64,000 nt of DNA from Candidatus Moranbacteria bacterium GW2011_GWC2_40_12 (lineage in GTDB: Bacteria; Patescibacteriota; Minisyncoccia; Moranbacterales; UBA11712), in the NCBI GenBank assembly GCA_000995965.1, contig LBYD01000002.1, positions 7,889-71,888 of the forward strand. Reading direction: 5' to 3'. Below, in pieces: positions 25,827 to 36,152 of this stretch. A program made the position numbers and the translations under genes. Each line of letters opens with the position of its first letter. The first letter of the stretch is position 1. A model generated the notes under the pieces. The model saw only the letters and a program-made list of their open reading frames with translations. It searched no databases and was not told the DNA's origin.

Positions 25827-26891
25827 TTATATAAGTCTTTCGACTGGAATCATAAATTCTTTCCCCCGGCAGTGCATTTTTATTTCGCCGTTTTTTTCAA
25901 CGGTAATATCAAATCCTTTCGCATTCCCAAAAATTTTTCCGTCCAGCACCTCCCCGAATTCTTCAGCGCCAACCTTGCCTTTCGCGAGATAAATTGCCAA
26001 AGCGTCCAAATTCCATCCGTGACCGAAGGATACTCTCATTCCTTGCCTATCCGGCGCAAGAAAACGCGTGATCCTCATAAAGTTTGCGATTCCTTCCAGT
26101 TGCCTTTTGGCTGTTTCATCCGGCTCCGGGCCTTCAATAGACAAGGGTCCTAAAGCTATTTTCCCTTTTTCCTGGAACCAACACAAAGCCCCTAAATCGG
26201 GGTCATCACCGGCTTTCATGTTTATTGCCAAATGAAAGGGTGTTGGAGTCCCGTTCTGCGGATGATAAAAATCGGGGCGCAAGCCGAGATCCTTTAACAG
26301 ATACGGGTAGGAAAAAATTATTTTTTTATCCGGATGAGAAGCTATCATTTCTTTCAAGTTGCGGAGTACGGTTCTTGCCGGGCTCTTGTTTTGTTTCGCT
26401 TCGTCAACAATTTTTTGAATATCTTCTTTCGAAATCAAAACCACATCTTCCCGATTCCTGTATTTTTCTTCGAACAAATCATTATAAATATCCGCGCTTG
26501 TTTTGGTGCGATCCTCGTCCGTAACGCTCCCCACAAAAACAACCGCGTTTTCGCGAGAATTTTCGACCAATTTATCGACATCTTCCCATTCACCCTTTAT
26601 CACCTCGTAATCATCCGCAGAAACCTTAGGATATTTTTTCATTCTCGGCTTGGCGGCTTCAGGCAAGTCAGCGGTATAGCTCTGTTGCGCTTTTGGTTTT
26701 TCTTCTCTGTGATGGCGCCTTACTATCACCGAACTCTCCGTTTCGGTTTCGCCTTGAAATCTTTTCGCCTTTTTCCGATCAGTGTATTTTTTTCTCATTT
26801 CGTCATTATATTCCACTTTTGGCATAACTTTTTTCCACTTATCTTGATAATAACTTAACTGATCCTTTCGATTCACTCGCATCAACCTCAA
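25827..26891 (-). CDS. hypothetical protein (354 aa), overlaps the upstream gene by 53 nt
   Basis: No recognised motif; the overlap suggests translational coupling with 26839-28359. Confidence 0.45.
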   Translation of the reverse strand: MRLMRVNRKDQLSYYQDKWKKVMPKVEYNDEMRKKYTDRKKAKRFQGETETESSVIVRRHHREEKPKAQQSYTADLPEAAKPRMKKYPKVSADDYEVIKGEWEDVDKLVENSRENAVVFVGSVTDEDRTKTSADIYNDLFEEKYRNREDVVLISKEDIQKIVDEAKQNKSPARTVLRNLKEMIASHPDKKIIFSYPYLLKDLGLRPDFYHPQNGTPTPFHLAINMKAGDDPDLGALCWFQEKGKIALGPLSIEGPEPDETAKRQLEGIANFMRITRFLAPDRQGMRVSFGHGWNLDALAIYLAKGKVGAEEFGEVLDGKIFGNAKGFDITVEKNGEIKMHCRGKEFMIPVERLI

Positions 26892-28359
26892 TTTTGTCGC
26901 CGTCTTTCAAAACTTTTGTGGCTATTTTAGTTCCGACAATGCAGGGTGTTTTAAACTCTCGGGCTACAATCGCGGTGTGGGAAATAATTCCGCCTCCATC
27001 AGCGACAATAGCGGCCGCTTTTTTCAAAATAGAAGTGAGTTCAGTCGTCACTTCATTTGTTATCATAATATCACCTTCGCTGAATTTTTCTAAATCATGG
27101 TTGGAGGTCACTATCTTTGCCGTTCCAACCACCTTTCCCGTCATTGCAGTAAGACCGGAAAATTTCCGGACTCCTTTTGTTTCACTCTGCCTAAGAAGCT
27201 TTTCCTTCAGTTGCTTTGCTTTTTTTCCATGGTAGATGGATATTTTTCCATTGTCATATAGCATTGCGAATTCTTTCCGCCGTTCCCAAATGTTTTTCTT
27301 GTCACGAGCAGTTAATTTTCGCCGCTTTAACGCGGTGACAATCTCATCAGGAGTAAAATTATGAACATCGACCCAGCTCAAATCAAATCTCTTTTGAATC
27401 TCGCCAATGAAAGGACGAGTCAAATGGAGACCATAAATAAGATCAGCCTTGGAATAATCAAGCATCAGTGAAAATTCTCTCATGGCAGCCACCGCTTTCT
27501 CTAAAACATCGCTATTCGTGTGGGTTTTGAAAAATTCTTTCTGTTTCCGCATGGCTTCCTTCATTTTGTATCCCGGAAAATCGAACCTAGTCGGGAGATC
27601 AGGCTTTTTTTGCTTCGTGATCTCTCTCCAAATATCGTTCATGTAACTTTTTTTACTTTTTACCTCACCGACATATTCTTGATGAAACCAGCCATGGCTG
27701 TACTGCAATTTATCCAGAGTTTCTCTGATTTTCTTCCCCCGGCAAATTTTTTCAAAATTTTTTCTGGTGGTTTTCTTTCCTCTGAAAGCAGCGCCTATTT
27801 TTTTCCGGACTTCGAGTATTTCCTGCTCCTCTTTTTGCACTTCCGTCAAATTATGCGGAGTTAGAAGAAATGAGATAATTTCTATGATTTTGTGCGGGGT
27901 TTTTTCATCCGATCGCAAAACTTTTTTCAACTCTTTCTCAAAAAAATCATGCAGGTCGGATGAGTAAATCGATACCATCATTGGAAGAAACGTAAGCTGA
28001 TAAATTTTATAATATCTTAAATAATATTGAGCAAGTGTTCCGGAATCTTTCTTTGAAAAATCTTCATTCGCGAATTTTTTTATATCGATGATTGTTCTTT
28101 TGAAAGCATTATGAATCCGGTCAAAAAAAATTTTCGTGTATATTCCTTTTTTCAATTCGCTCCTCAATATTTTCAGCATCTTTTGCCTTGTCGGCTCGTG
28201 ATAACAATGCGCTCCCCGCAAATTTCGGGCATAGATAAACGTTTTGGAAATATTCCATTTTGTCCCTGGAATTTTATAGCGAAAAGAATCAAGCGTCCCG
28301 TATTGGTGCAGGAGCATAGAATTTCTTTCGCCAATCACAACATACGGCTTTTTTTTCAT
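26839..28359 (-). CDS. protein with C-terminal PEP-utilising-enzyme mobile (phosphohistidine swivel) domain and unrecognised N-terminal domain
   Basis: C-terminal ...GGIISHTAIVAREFKTPCIVGTK... matches the GG(R/I)TSHAAIIARE.GIPxVVG phosphohistidine domain. Confidence 0.6.
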   Translation of the reverse strand: MKKKPYVVIGERNSMLLHQYGTLDSFRYKIPGTKWNISKTFIYARNLRGAHCYHEPTRQKMLKILRSELKKGIYTKIFFDRIHNAFKRTIIDIKKFANEDFSKKDSGTLAQYYLRYYKIYQLTFLPMMVSIYSSDLHDFFEKELKKVLRSDEKTPHKIIEIISFLLTPHNLTEVQKEEQEILEVRKKIGAAFRGKKTTRKNFEKICRGKKIRETLDKLQYSHGWFHQEYVGEVKSKKSYMNDIWREITKQKKPDLPTRFDFPGYKMKEAMRKQKEFFKTHTNSDVLEKAVAAMREFSLMLDYSKADLIYGLHLTRPFIGEIQKRFDLSWVDVHNFTPDEIVTALKRRKLTARDKKNIWERRKEFAMLYDNGKISIYHGKKAKQLKEKLLRQSETKGVRKFSGLTAMTGKVVGTAKIVTSNHDLEKFSEGDIMITNEVTTELTSILKKAAAIVADGGGIISHTAIVAREFKTPCIVGTKIATKVLKDGDKIEVDASESKGSVKLLSR

Positions 28360-28435
28360 ATCTCAAGACTACTGATTTTCACGGGAAAAATCAAATTGGC
28401 TCCGCGCTTGATTTCTTCCCGCCGGGCGTGCTAGG

Positions 28436-29059
28436 TTGGAAACAAGAAAAAAAATCATGGTCAAAAAAGGAGGAGCCATGTATAACAAAAAGGTCTTTAG
28501 CCTGGGAGAGATTCGCGTTTTAAAACTGCTTCTTCTCCTAGACTCCATTTCCCGCAAATGGGAGGGAGTTTACGGGCAATTAGTTGCGCCTGCGGGCATC
28601 GTCGATTTAGGTGTTGCCGCTAAGGGAACAGAGATACTTTTTGAAAACACTCTGCTTCCCCCGATTTTCGGCAAAGTCAAAAACTGCGGAGACTTGGAGG
28701 GCCTGCTAATAAACGGCAAGTCGCCACAAAGCCTCAAGTTCTCTGGAGCATCGCAGCGGGGCAACAACCCTCTTTCTCTTGCCCTCGGAATCGCAACCAA
28801 GTATGTTGTTTTGGGATATCGCGGAAACTTGCGGTTTTACAGCAAAACCATGGGCAGCCTCGACGCCTTCAGAGAAAGTTGCTCTCTTATGATGAGCGAA
28901 TGGCGTTATCCGGAAAGCAGTCCGGCAGCAGAGAAAAAAATTGTCCCCGCCGCCGTGGTTCTGGAGTGGCAAGAAAATCACGGGGGGAACATCCACAGGC
29001 TGGAACCTATCATTGAAGCCTGTGAGAAGTTAACCCTTCAGGAGATCCAGCTGCAATAA
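28436..29059 (+). CDS. hypothetical protein (207 aa)
   Basis: ORF only. Confidence 0.4.
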   Translation: METRKKIMVKKGGAMYNKKVFSLGEIRVLKLLLLLDSISRKWEGVYGQLVAPAGIVDLGVAAKGTEILFENTLLPPIFGKVKNCGDLEGLLINGKSPQSLKFSGASQRGNNPLSLALGIATKYVVLGYRGNLRFYSKTMGSLDAFRESCSLMMSEWRYPESSPAAEKKIVPAAVVLEWQENHGGNIHRLEPIIEACEKLTLQEIQLQ

Positions 29060-29455
29060 CTTCCGGCGGGAGGAGAAAGCACATGGAAAACCAAAGAGTT
29101 GGCCGCTTTAAGGGACTGCGGGCAATTCAGGAACTGCTGCGGTAAATGAAAATCCCGGTCGGGCAACGACCCAAAATCCGCATCGAAAGTAAGTATCTTA
29201 ACCAACAAAACTTCATCACCGAGAATGTTGTCGCCCGCAATCATGTTCTGAAGGACGCCGGCAGGCCTTCCGAGCACTCGATTTTCCATGTGACTGACCT
29301 ACTTAGGAGCAAAAGCGGGCAGCCTCTGCGAATTCGGTTTGTTTGACCACCCGAGCACGCCGACCCACAGGGGAAAAATCTTTTTCCCCTCGAGGCGATC
29401 GAGATACGGGAATCTTAGAGATGCTATTCTGCCTGCCTTTAGCCGCAAAAACTTA

Positions 29456-29488
29456 GAAGCCTTCCCGAGGGAAGGCTTCTTATTTTCC
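29456..29488. terminator. Bidirectional rho-independent terminator
   Basis: gaagccttccc-ga-gggaaggcttc hairpin with T-runs on both strands; ends the ppiB transcript (minus) and a plus-strand transcript. Confidence 0.65.
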
Positions 29489-29508
29489 AAGACTTAGTCT
29501 TGGAAAAG

Positions 29509-30276
29509 CTATTTTTCCACAATCTCGACCGTTTCAATTTTCACCGGGCTAACCGGTTTAGATTTTTCCATAGAACTGTTCAAGGTAACTTCGGCGTTTG
29601 CGATTTTGTCGACGACATCCATGCCGCTTGAAATGTGCCCGAAGATGACGTAATTATTTGGAAGATCATAATCTTCATGCATTATGAAAAACTGGCTGCC
29701 ATTCGTGTTCGGTCCGGAGTTAGCCATCGCGACCGTGCCCCGGGTATATATCCCCTCCAGATTTTCATCTTCGAATTGGTATCCCGGCCCGCCCGTTCCG
29801 TCTCCGTTTGGATCGCCGCCCTGAATCATGAAACCTTCAATGACGCGGTGGAAAATTGTACCGTTGTAAAATCCGTCCCGGGAGAGAGAAATAAAATTGT
29901 TGGCTGTTTTAGGAGTTTTTTTCGCATCGAGTTCAATGGTGATTTCTCCTTCGCTTGTTTTGAGAACGGCGGAATAATTTTTTGATTCGTCAATTTGCAT
30001 AGATGAGGGTTGTTTAGGATTAAAATTATTTTTTTCCTGGGCTGTTTGAGGTTCTTGAGACTGCTGGCTGCTGCTATTTCCGCTGGGAACGCTGACGGAA
30101 AGCCTTTTCTCCGCGTCTGGATCTTCTGGCTGGCGGTCCTGATAGCCTTTTACGTTATATCCCTCCGCGCTCCGGAGAACAGCTTGCTGCTGGCTGTCCT
30201 TGTATAGGCATCCGGAAAGAAGAAAAGTGCTGCAAATCATTGTCCCTCCGAAAACAAATTTCAGGAATTGTTTCAT
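29509..30276 (-). CDS. ppiB: cyclophilin-type peptidyl-prolyl cis-trans isomerase, lipoprotein
   Basis: Lipobox LLSGC after the signal peptide; FHRVIEGFMIQGGDP and SQFFI cyclophilin motifs. Confidence 0.9.
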   Translation of the reverse strand: MKQFLKFVFGGTMICSTFLLSGCLYKDSQQQAVLRSAEGYNVKGYQDRQPEDPDAEKRLSVSVPSGNSSSQQSQEPQTAQEKNNFNPKQPSSMQIDESKNYSAVLKTSEGEITIELDAKKTPKTANNFISLSRDGFYNGTIFHRVIEGFMIQGGDPNGDGTGGPGYQFEDENLEGIYTRGTVAMANSGPNTNGSQFFIMHEDYDLPNNYVIFGHISSGMDVVDKIANAEVTLNSSMEKSKPVSPVKIETVEIVEK

Positions 30277-30635
30277 TCTTAGATTATGGGTTAATGATTA
30301 TTTTGAGGCATCGATAATATTTTTTCCCAAACCCATGCCTTGAAATTCAACCTTTCCATTTCAGCATAAACCATTTTTCGCGCCTCTTCAAGGGTATTCG
30401 TCCGCAGTATCCCCCGCCCGCCTAGCTGAATAATAAGGATTTTATTATGAAAATATTTTATTTATTTCAGCAATAAAATGACAGGATTTTCGCGCAACAC
30501 CGAAAACTAAAAGGAAATTTCTGTCAAATGCCGAAAACAGATCCGCCTTGCCGATTTTTTATTTTTTTTCTAAAATTGATAATAGAAAACCACCGGCTGA
30601 ACTAAGCCGGTATAATTTAAAAATTTGGAGGAACC

Positions 30636-30938
30636 ATGGCTGGGGAAATCGAAAATGAGGTTTATCCGTGCCTTAAGTGCATCAGCGACATTCTCGAGAA
30701 ACCCGAAAATCGCGGAATGTCACCCTCTCAGCTTAAAATCAGTGGAAACCGCGTGAGATTAAACGGTCATGCTTACACAGTGGGACAATTGATTCCATGC
30801 CGGGATGGTTTGGATAAAACTGCCATCCTGGGCTTTAATAACATCGACAAATGCGGGCATTTCTTGACACTAATAGAGATGCAAAGCCTGCTGGTTGATT
30901 TAAATCTTCCCTCATTGAATCTCAGGCATCCCGCCTAA
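30636..30938 (+). CDS. hypothetical protein (100 aa)
   Basis: Preceded by a TATAAT box and a GGAGG RBS 7 nt before the ATG. Confidence 0.45.
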   Translation: MAGEIENEVYPCLKCISDILEKPENRGMSPSQLKISGNRVRLNGHAYTVGQLIPCRDGLDKTAILGFNNIDKCGHFLTLIEMQSLLVDLNLPSLNLRHPA

Positions 30939-31037
30939 AATAATCCCAGAATAATCTTCCTCCAAAAAAAAGGCGGAATCCTAATTGTAGGTCCGCCTTT
31001 TCTCTTTGCATGAGTTTTTTCACTCCAACTTTCGCCT

Positions 31038-31523
31038 TTATTTCAAATTTTTATACACGAGTACGACTTCATCGCACAAATATCGGCCTCTGGAATCCAA
31101 TTTGTTTTTTCGGCAGCGCTTGCAATCCTGCCCGACTTTTTGGCTGAACATCTGTATTCCCGCGGGAAAAAATCCCGCCGGAGCAAAAATCTTGTCAGCT
31201 ATTTCTTTGGTTGAAAGAACGAATATTTTTTTCGCGGTCTTCGTTTCTTTGAGCTGGCCAAGAACTTTTTCAAGAAGATTTTTTGCCAGCCCTTTTTTTT
31301 GGTGCGGACTATCCACAATGAGAGATATGATCTCTCTATCATTATCCCAAATTTTGAAACCGCAACAGCCGATCACTTTAGCTTTTTTGTTTTCCGCGAC
31401 AAAAAAATTTCCCGCTAAACGGAAAATTTCTTCCGGACTGCGGGAAAGTGTCGTTGGGAACTTTTTGGTCAGTTTGCTTATGCCGGCGCTGTCCCCTTTC
31501 ACCGCCTTTCTTATCTTGATCAT
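31038..31523 (-). CDS. GNAT family N-acetyltransferase
   Basis: Acetyl-CoA binding block HQKKGLAKNLLEKV (Q/RxxGxG/A-like) in a 161-aa protein. Confidence 0.75.
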   Translation of the reverse strand: MIKIRKAVKGDSAGISKLTKKFPTTLSRSPEEIFRLAGNFFVAENKKAKVIGCCGFKIWDNDREIISLIVDSPHQKKGLAKNLLEKVLGQLKETKTAKKIFVLSTKEIADKIFAPAGFFPAGIQMFSQKVGQDCKRCRKNKLDSRGRYLCDEVVLVYKNLK

Positions 31524-31644
31524 AAATTATCAGAAATAAATCCGAATAAATAAAAACTTGAATACCTGTATTTTAAAGATATAGCAGTCACGAACATTTT
31601 GCGGGCGGCACCCTTTTTTCTCCAGGAATTTTTTACATATCTTC

Positions 31645-32244
31645 TTAGCGCAGTTTGAGCATTCGCGAAAGCTGCTCGGGAGTATAGTAGCAGTGCGGAT
31701 TGGGCCATTCGTCCGGATCGGGACAGCATTCCATATCCATATGCGGCTTGTCGTTTTTTTTGCTTTCGTGCGGCTTGTCGTTTTTCTTTTCGCAAACCCT
31801 TTTTCCATCCACTCTCTTGGTAGAGGCTTGGGGCACCGGCGCGGCTCGAAGCCGCGCCGCCTCCGCGGCGCGCGCCCTTGAAATTTTTTTCGCCCTCGCT
31901 GTTCTGATCGCCAAGCTTTTCACTGAATCAGCCGCGCCTGACATTGTATTAGAAACTTTCATTTCTTCTGCGAAATAATTATTTTTTGAAACTTCAGCAT
32001 CTTCGCTTTTCTGACTTTCTGCCGCAAGAACTTTTTCAGCGATTATTCCATCAGACTTGCTGCCCGGCGCACTCTGCTTCGCGCCTAGCCTATAATCAAA
32101 CAAGATTTTCCCGCTAGAAAAAAAAGAGATTCCAAAAGCTGCGGCACAAAGCAAAACCAGCAGCATCGTTTCGGCGCTTTCCGGATCGAATTCAACTTTT
32201 TGGAACAAATCCAGCCTTATTTTTCCCAATTTTTTCAGTTGCAT
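31645..32244 (-). CDS. membrane-anchored protein with conserved C-terminal Cys motif (family member B, short form)
   Basis: C-terminus ...KRVCEKKNDKPHESKKNDKPHMDMECCPDPDEWPNPHCYYTPEQLSRMLKLR; contains an 8-aa tandem duplication (KKNDKPHE/KKNDKPHM). Confidence 0.5.
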   Translation of the reverse strand: MQLKKLGKIRLDLFQKVEFDPESAETMLLVLLCAAAFGISFFSSGKILFDYRLGAKQSAPGSKSDGIIAEKVLAAESQKSEDAEVSKNNYFAEEMKVSNTMSGAADSVKSLAIRTARAKKISRARAAEAARLRAAPVPQASTKRVDGKRVCEKKNDKPHESKKNDKPHMDMECCPDPDEWPNPHCYYTPEQLSRMLKLR

Positions 32245-32388
32245 ATTTTCGGCGATTTTGGATAAATTATATCAAAAAAACAGTCACTTGTGCAAAACAT
32301 TCTCTTTTTAAAATATTTTCACTACAATAGAAAATTCGCTACAATATATAGCAGCGAATAAAAAATTGGAGAAATATCCTGTTGAATT

Positions 32389-34614
32389 TTATTTCCTATA
32401 AATCCGCAAACTGTTCGCCACGACTGAAACGGAACTCGCCGCCATAGCGAGGGCAGCAATGATGGGATTCAGAAACCCGGCCATCGCCAGCGGAATGGCA
32501 AGAATATTATAGCCGAAAGCCCAAAAAAGATTCTGCCGAATTGTTTTGAAAGTCAGCTTTGACAAATTTATCGCTTCAACCACCTTATTCAAATTATTTT
32601 GCACTAAAATAATCTGCCCGGCTTCTTTGGCAATGTCTTGGGCCGAACCCATCGCGATTCCGAGATCAGCTTGGACAAGACTTGGCGCGTCATTGATTCC
32701 ATCCCCCACAAAAACAACTTTTTCACCTTTTTCTTGAAGCCGCTTTATTTCAATCGCTTTTTCTGAAGGCAGGACTTCGGCCAAAATATTTTTGATTCCA
32801 AGTTCCTGCGCGATATATTTGGCCGTTTTTTGGTTGTCCCCTGTGATCATCGCAATTTTGAGCCCTAATCCAATCAATTTGTTGATCACTTCTTTGGCCT
32901 CGTTCCGCAATTCGTCAGAAACGACAATTGCCCCAATTATCTTTTCTCCATGGGCGACGAAAAGCGTTGTCCCGACAATATTCTCGTCTCCGGCCGTCAT
33001 TTTCTTCGTCCACTGTAAATCCAAATTATTTTCCTGGAGAAATTTTGTATTTCCCAAAAATAATTTTGTATTGTGTTCACGGCACTTACCTCTTATTCCC
33101 CGTCCCCTTTCTTCTTTAAAATCAATAACCTCGGCGAGTTCAATCTTTTTTTCCTTTGTATATTCATTAATCGCTCTTGAAAGAGGATGCTCCGAGTTTT
33201 TTGCAAGACTCGCGGCAATTTTCAGGATTTTTTCTTCTGAAAAATCATGCGCAGGATTGGCAACAATTTTTTCAACCTCCGGCTTTCCCTTTGTCAGGGT
33301 GCCTGTTTTGTCAAAAACAACCGTTGAAATATCTTTCACCCGCTCAAAACTTTCCCCGTTTTTGAAAAGAATTCCGCTCCGCGCGCCACGTCCCGTCCCA
33401 ACCATGATCGCCGCCGGCGTCGCAAGCCCCAGCGCGCAGGGACAGGCAATCACAAGCACTGCCACAGCATTGATAATCGCCTCGGTAGAATCACCAACGG
33501 CGAGGAGCCAGGCTATAAACGTCAATACTGCCAGAATTATGACAACAGGCACGAAAAAACCCGATATCTTGTCCGCTAATTTCTGAATGGGCGCTTTTGA
33601 GCCTTGGGCCTCCTCGACGGTTTTTATAATTTGCGCGAGAACCGTGTTTTCTCCAATTTGCGTGACTTTTATTTTGAGAATGCCGTCCTGATTGAGCGTT
33701 GCCCCAAAGACCGAGGAATATTTTTTCTTCTCAATCGGTAGCGCTTCTCCCGTCAGCATTGATTCATCAACTTCCGATTCCCCCTCAACAACAACACCGT
33801 CCAAAGGAATCTTTTCTCCGGGGCGGACCGCGATCGTGTCACCGACTTTTATCTCAAAAATATTAACTTCTTTTTCTTTGCCATCGAATAAAAGCCGCGC
33901 TTTTTTCACTCCCAGCTCCAAAAGTTTTCGCATCGCTTCTCCCGCTTGTCCGGTACTCTTCGCCTCGAAATATTTTCCAAGCAAAATGAAGGTGATTATG
34001 AGTGCGGCCGACTCAAGATAACCTTCTCTCCCGTTGAAAATGGCCCATAAACTGAAAAAATAGGCTGCGAGGGTTCCGAGCGATATCAGGGTATCCATAT
34101 TGGCCTGAAATTTTTTTACCTGTAAAAACGCCATCCGATGAAATCTCCGGCCAAACCAAAAAACAACAATCGTCGCCAGAACGAGATGCGACCACATCAC
34201 AAGATCAACGCCAAGCATATTTTTTCCAGCCCGGATTTGGTAAGCCATTTCCAAAACAAGCGGCATACTAAAAATGGCCGACCAAAGAAATGCCTGCCAA
34301 TTTTTTTTGATGTCCTCTCCGCCATGCTCATGACCAGCGTCTTCCCTGTCCATCATATGTTCATGCTCCATATTATGAGCTCCGTGTTTCAAAACATCTG
34401 GCTCATCCACCTTGTATCCATTCGCTATTATCACCTGTTTCACTGCTTCCTCGCTCAAAATATCCGGGTCGTATTCGACGTAGGCTTTTTTCACCGCGAA
34501 GTTCACCGACGCGTCCAAAATGCCTTTTGTTTTCAAAAGTTCTTTTTCGTTGTTTATGGCGCAAGAAACGCAGGACATGCCCGATATTCCAATTGTTATT
34601 TTTTTAGTATTCAT
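32389..34614 (-). CDS. copA: copper-translocating P1B-type ATPase
   Basis: N-terminal [11 protein letters not shown], His-rich loop, CPC ([11 protein letters not shown]), DKTGT and GDGINDAP motifs. Confidence 0.95.
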   Translation of the reverse strand: MNTKKITIGISGMSCVSCAINNEKELLKTKGILDASVNFAVKKAYVEYDPDILSEEAVKQVIIANGYKVDEPDVLKHGAHNMEHEHMMDREDAGHEHGGEDIKKNWQAFLWSAIFSMPLVLEMAYQIRAGKNMLGVDLVMWSHLVLATIVVFWFGRRFHRMAFLQVKKFQANMDTLISLGTLAAYFFSLWAIFNGREGYLESAALIITFILLGKYFEAKSTGQAGEAMRKLLELGVKKARLLFDGKEKEVNIFEIKVGDTIAVRPGEKIPLDGVVVEGESEVDESMLTGEALPIEKKKYSSVFGATLNQDGILKIKVTQIGENTVLAQIIKTVEEAQGSKAPIQKLADKISGFFVPVVIILAVLTFIAWLLAVGDSTEAIINAVAVLVIACPCALGLATPAAIMVGTGRGARSGILFKNGESFERVKDISTVVFDKTGTLTKGKPEVEKIVANPAHDFSEEKILKIAASLAKNSEHPLSRAINEYTKEKKIELAEVIDFKEERGRGIRGKCREHNTKLFLGNTKFLQENNLDLQWTKKMTAGDENIVGTTLFVAHGEKIIGAIVVSDELRNEAKEVINKLIGLGLKIAMITGDNQKTAKYIAQELGIKNILAEVLPSEKAIEIKRLQEKGEKVVFVGDGINDAPSLVQADLGIAMGSAQDIAKEAGQIILVQNNLNKVVEAINLSKLTFKTIRQNLFWAFGYNILAIPLAMAGFLNPIIAALAMAASSVSVVANSLRIYRK

Positions 34615-34678
34615 AAGAATATGATTTGACTATGATATTTATAATACATTACTATTATTATAAGGAGGACAACAAGGG

Positions 34679-34849
34679 ATGGTTAAAGAAAAAACCACAA
34701 AGATCGAGCCAGGAAGAGATCCTTTTTCCAGCTATAATTTATACTTGGTAGAGCTGGAAATTATTGAATTGTTCCAGCCCCTGGCATTGGACTTAAATTT
34801 CCTATTTGCGCATCCTGCCAAGGCCAGAACGGACTCTCTTTCTGACTAA
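34679..34849 (+). CDS. candidate small ORF (56 aa) with strong SD (AAGGAGGA, 9-nt spacing); below the ORF-track cutoff
   Basis: Manual translation: MVKEKTTKIEPGRDPFSSYNLYLVELEIIELFQPLALDLNFLFAHPAKARTDSLSD; it lies between copA and the permease-cupredoxin gene on the opposite strand. Confidence 0.3.
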   Translation: MVKEKTTKIEPGRDPFSSYNLYLVELEIIELFQPLALDLNFLFAHPAKARTDSLSD

Positions 34850-34917
34850 TGGCCGGACAACTTATCTTTTTTCCATCCTTAGCCCCGCTCATTGAGCGGG
34901 TCATTTTCTAGAAAAAA

Positions 34918-36090
34918 CTATTCGACTATAAATTTCCCCCTCACCATTCCCATTCCGCAGCTGAAAGGTATTTCACGAGTGTCGGTTGGCATGAAACTGA
35001 TTATATTCTCGCCGGAATTGATATTTTTCGCAATGTCGAGGCTGGGAATGATAATCTTATTCGTGCAGCCGCTTACTTGATCGCCCATTACAACCCAACT
35101 TACTGGAACATTTCCTTTGATTTTCAAAGCGCTTGGCTCAAAGCCGCGGTTGGTCACAGACATCCGGACAATTTGCTCATTTTGGATGAAAATCCTGTTT
35201 GAATTTTTCTTTGCCACGCTTTGCTCCCCATTCGTGGTGCCGCTGATTACATTCGTCCTCACACCCTTGAGCGCAAGGCCGGAGTTGAACATGAAAATCG
35301 CAAAAAGAATGACCAATATTCCTGCCGCTTTGTTCACAAAACTTATTTTTTTGGAGTTCGCCCATGATGCCGTTGCGCCAAGCATGAGAAGCACGGGCAT
35401 CGTCCCTATTGAAAAAATGGAAAGAATAAAAGCCCCGGTCCAAAAACTTCCCGAAGCGAGAGCAAAAATCTGCATGCTTTGCGTGAAACCGCAGGGAAGA
35501 AAAAAAGTGATCCCGCCGAGAAGATAGGGAGCGGCTTTATGCTCCGTGTCTTCGAGTCTGCCCCACCAGCGAAGCAAAAATTTCGGAGTTTTGATACCGA
35601 GCAAGGAAATCGAGGGTGCAATTCCCAAAATATTGAGCCCCAACCATCCCATTACGACTGCAATCAATATTGTGTAGATTGAAACAAAATTGCCGCTCAA
35701 ATTTATTTTTCCGCCGATAGCGCCCAAGAGTCCGCCCAAAGCAAAAAATGTCAAAACTCTGCCAACGTGAAATTTTATATTTGGCAAGAATGCTCCCTTG
35801 AAAAAATTGTCTCCTGATCCCGCTTTATACTTTTCCGAAAAAGCAATAACCATTCCTCCTACCACTGCCAGACACGAAGAAAGCGAGGCGGCCACGCCGA
35901 TCAAAAAAGAAACCCCCAAAGTCAATTTTTGGTCTTGGGCGCCAATGCCGCTGACAAGGCCAGCCGACTGAACCGTGCGGAACAAAAAAACTGAAATCGC
36001 TACGACAATGCCGGCTTTTATCCAGTCTTCCGGTTTTGAATTCGATTTTTCCATAATGTTAACCAATGCGTATTCATACGCTTTCCTCAT
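34918..36090 (-). CDS. TauE/SafE-like membrane permease fused to a C-terminal cupredoxin-like domain
   Basis: Polytopic N-terminus; C-terminal ...FEPSALKIKGNVPVSWVV...CTNKI...ISFMPTDTREIPFSCGMGMVRGKFIV resembles the Cupredoxin_1 domain (C...M.G pattern). Confidence 0.55.
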   Translation of the reverse strand: MRKAYEYALVNIMEKSNSKPEDWIKAGIVVAISVFLFRTVQSAGLVSGIGAQDQKLTLGVSFLIGVAASLSSCLAVVGGMVIAFSEKYKAGSGDNFFKGAFLPNIKFHVGRVLTFFALGGLLGAIGGKINLSGNFVSIYTILIAVVMGWLGLNILGIAPSISLLGIKTPKFLLRWWGRLEDTEHKAAPYLLGGITFFLPCGFTQSMQIFALASGSFWTGAFILSIFSIGTMPVLLMLGATASWANSKKISFVNKAAGILVILFAIFMFNSGLALKGVRTNVISGTTNGEQSVAKKNSNRIFIQNEQIVRMSVTNRGFEPSALKIKGNVPVSWVVMGDQVSGCTNKIIIPSLDIAKNINSGENIISFMPTDTREIPFSCGMGMVRGKFIVE

Positions 36091-36152
36091 CTATATTAAT
36101 TCTGGTATAATAAAAAAGGTAAAAAACAAAAAGGGGCGAAGGGAGGTGACTT

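Noticed and set aside
29060-29490. Assignment of the structured noncoding segment to RNase P RNA, tmRNA, SRP RNA or 6S RNA
   Set aside because: The P4 helix strands (AGGAAAGUCCGGGC / ACAGAA..GGCUUA), the tmRNA 3' tRNA-like end (GGUUCGA...CCACCA) and SRP domain IV (AGGUCAGG...GGAAGCAGC) could not be found on either strand. It is kept only as an unassigned ncRNA candidate.
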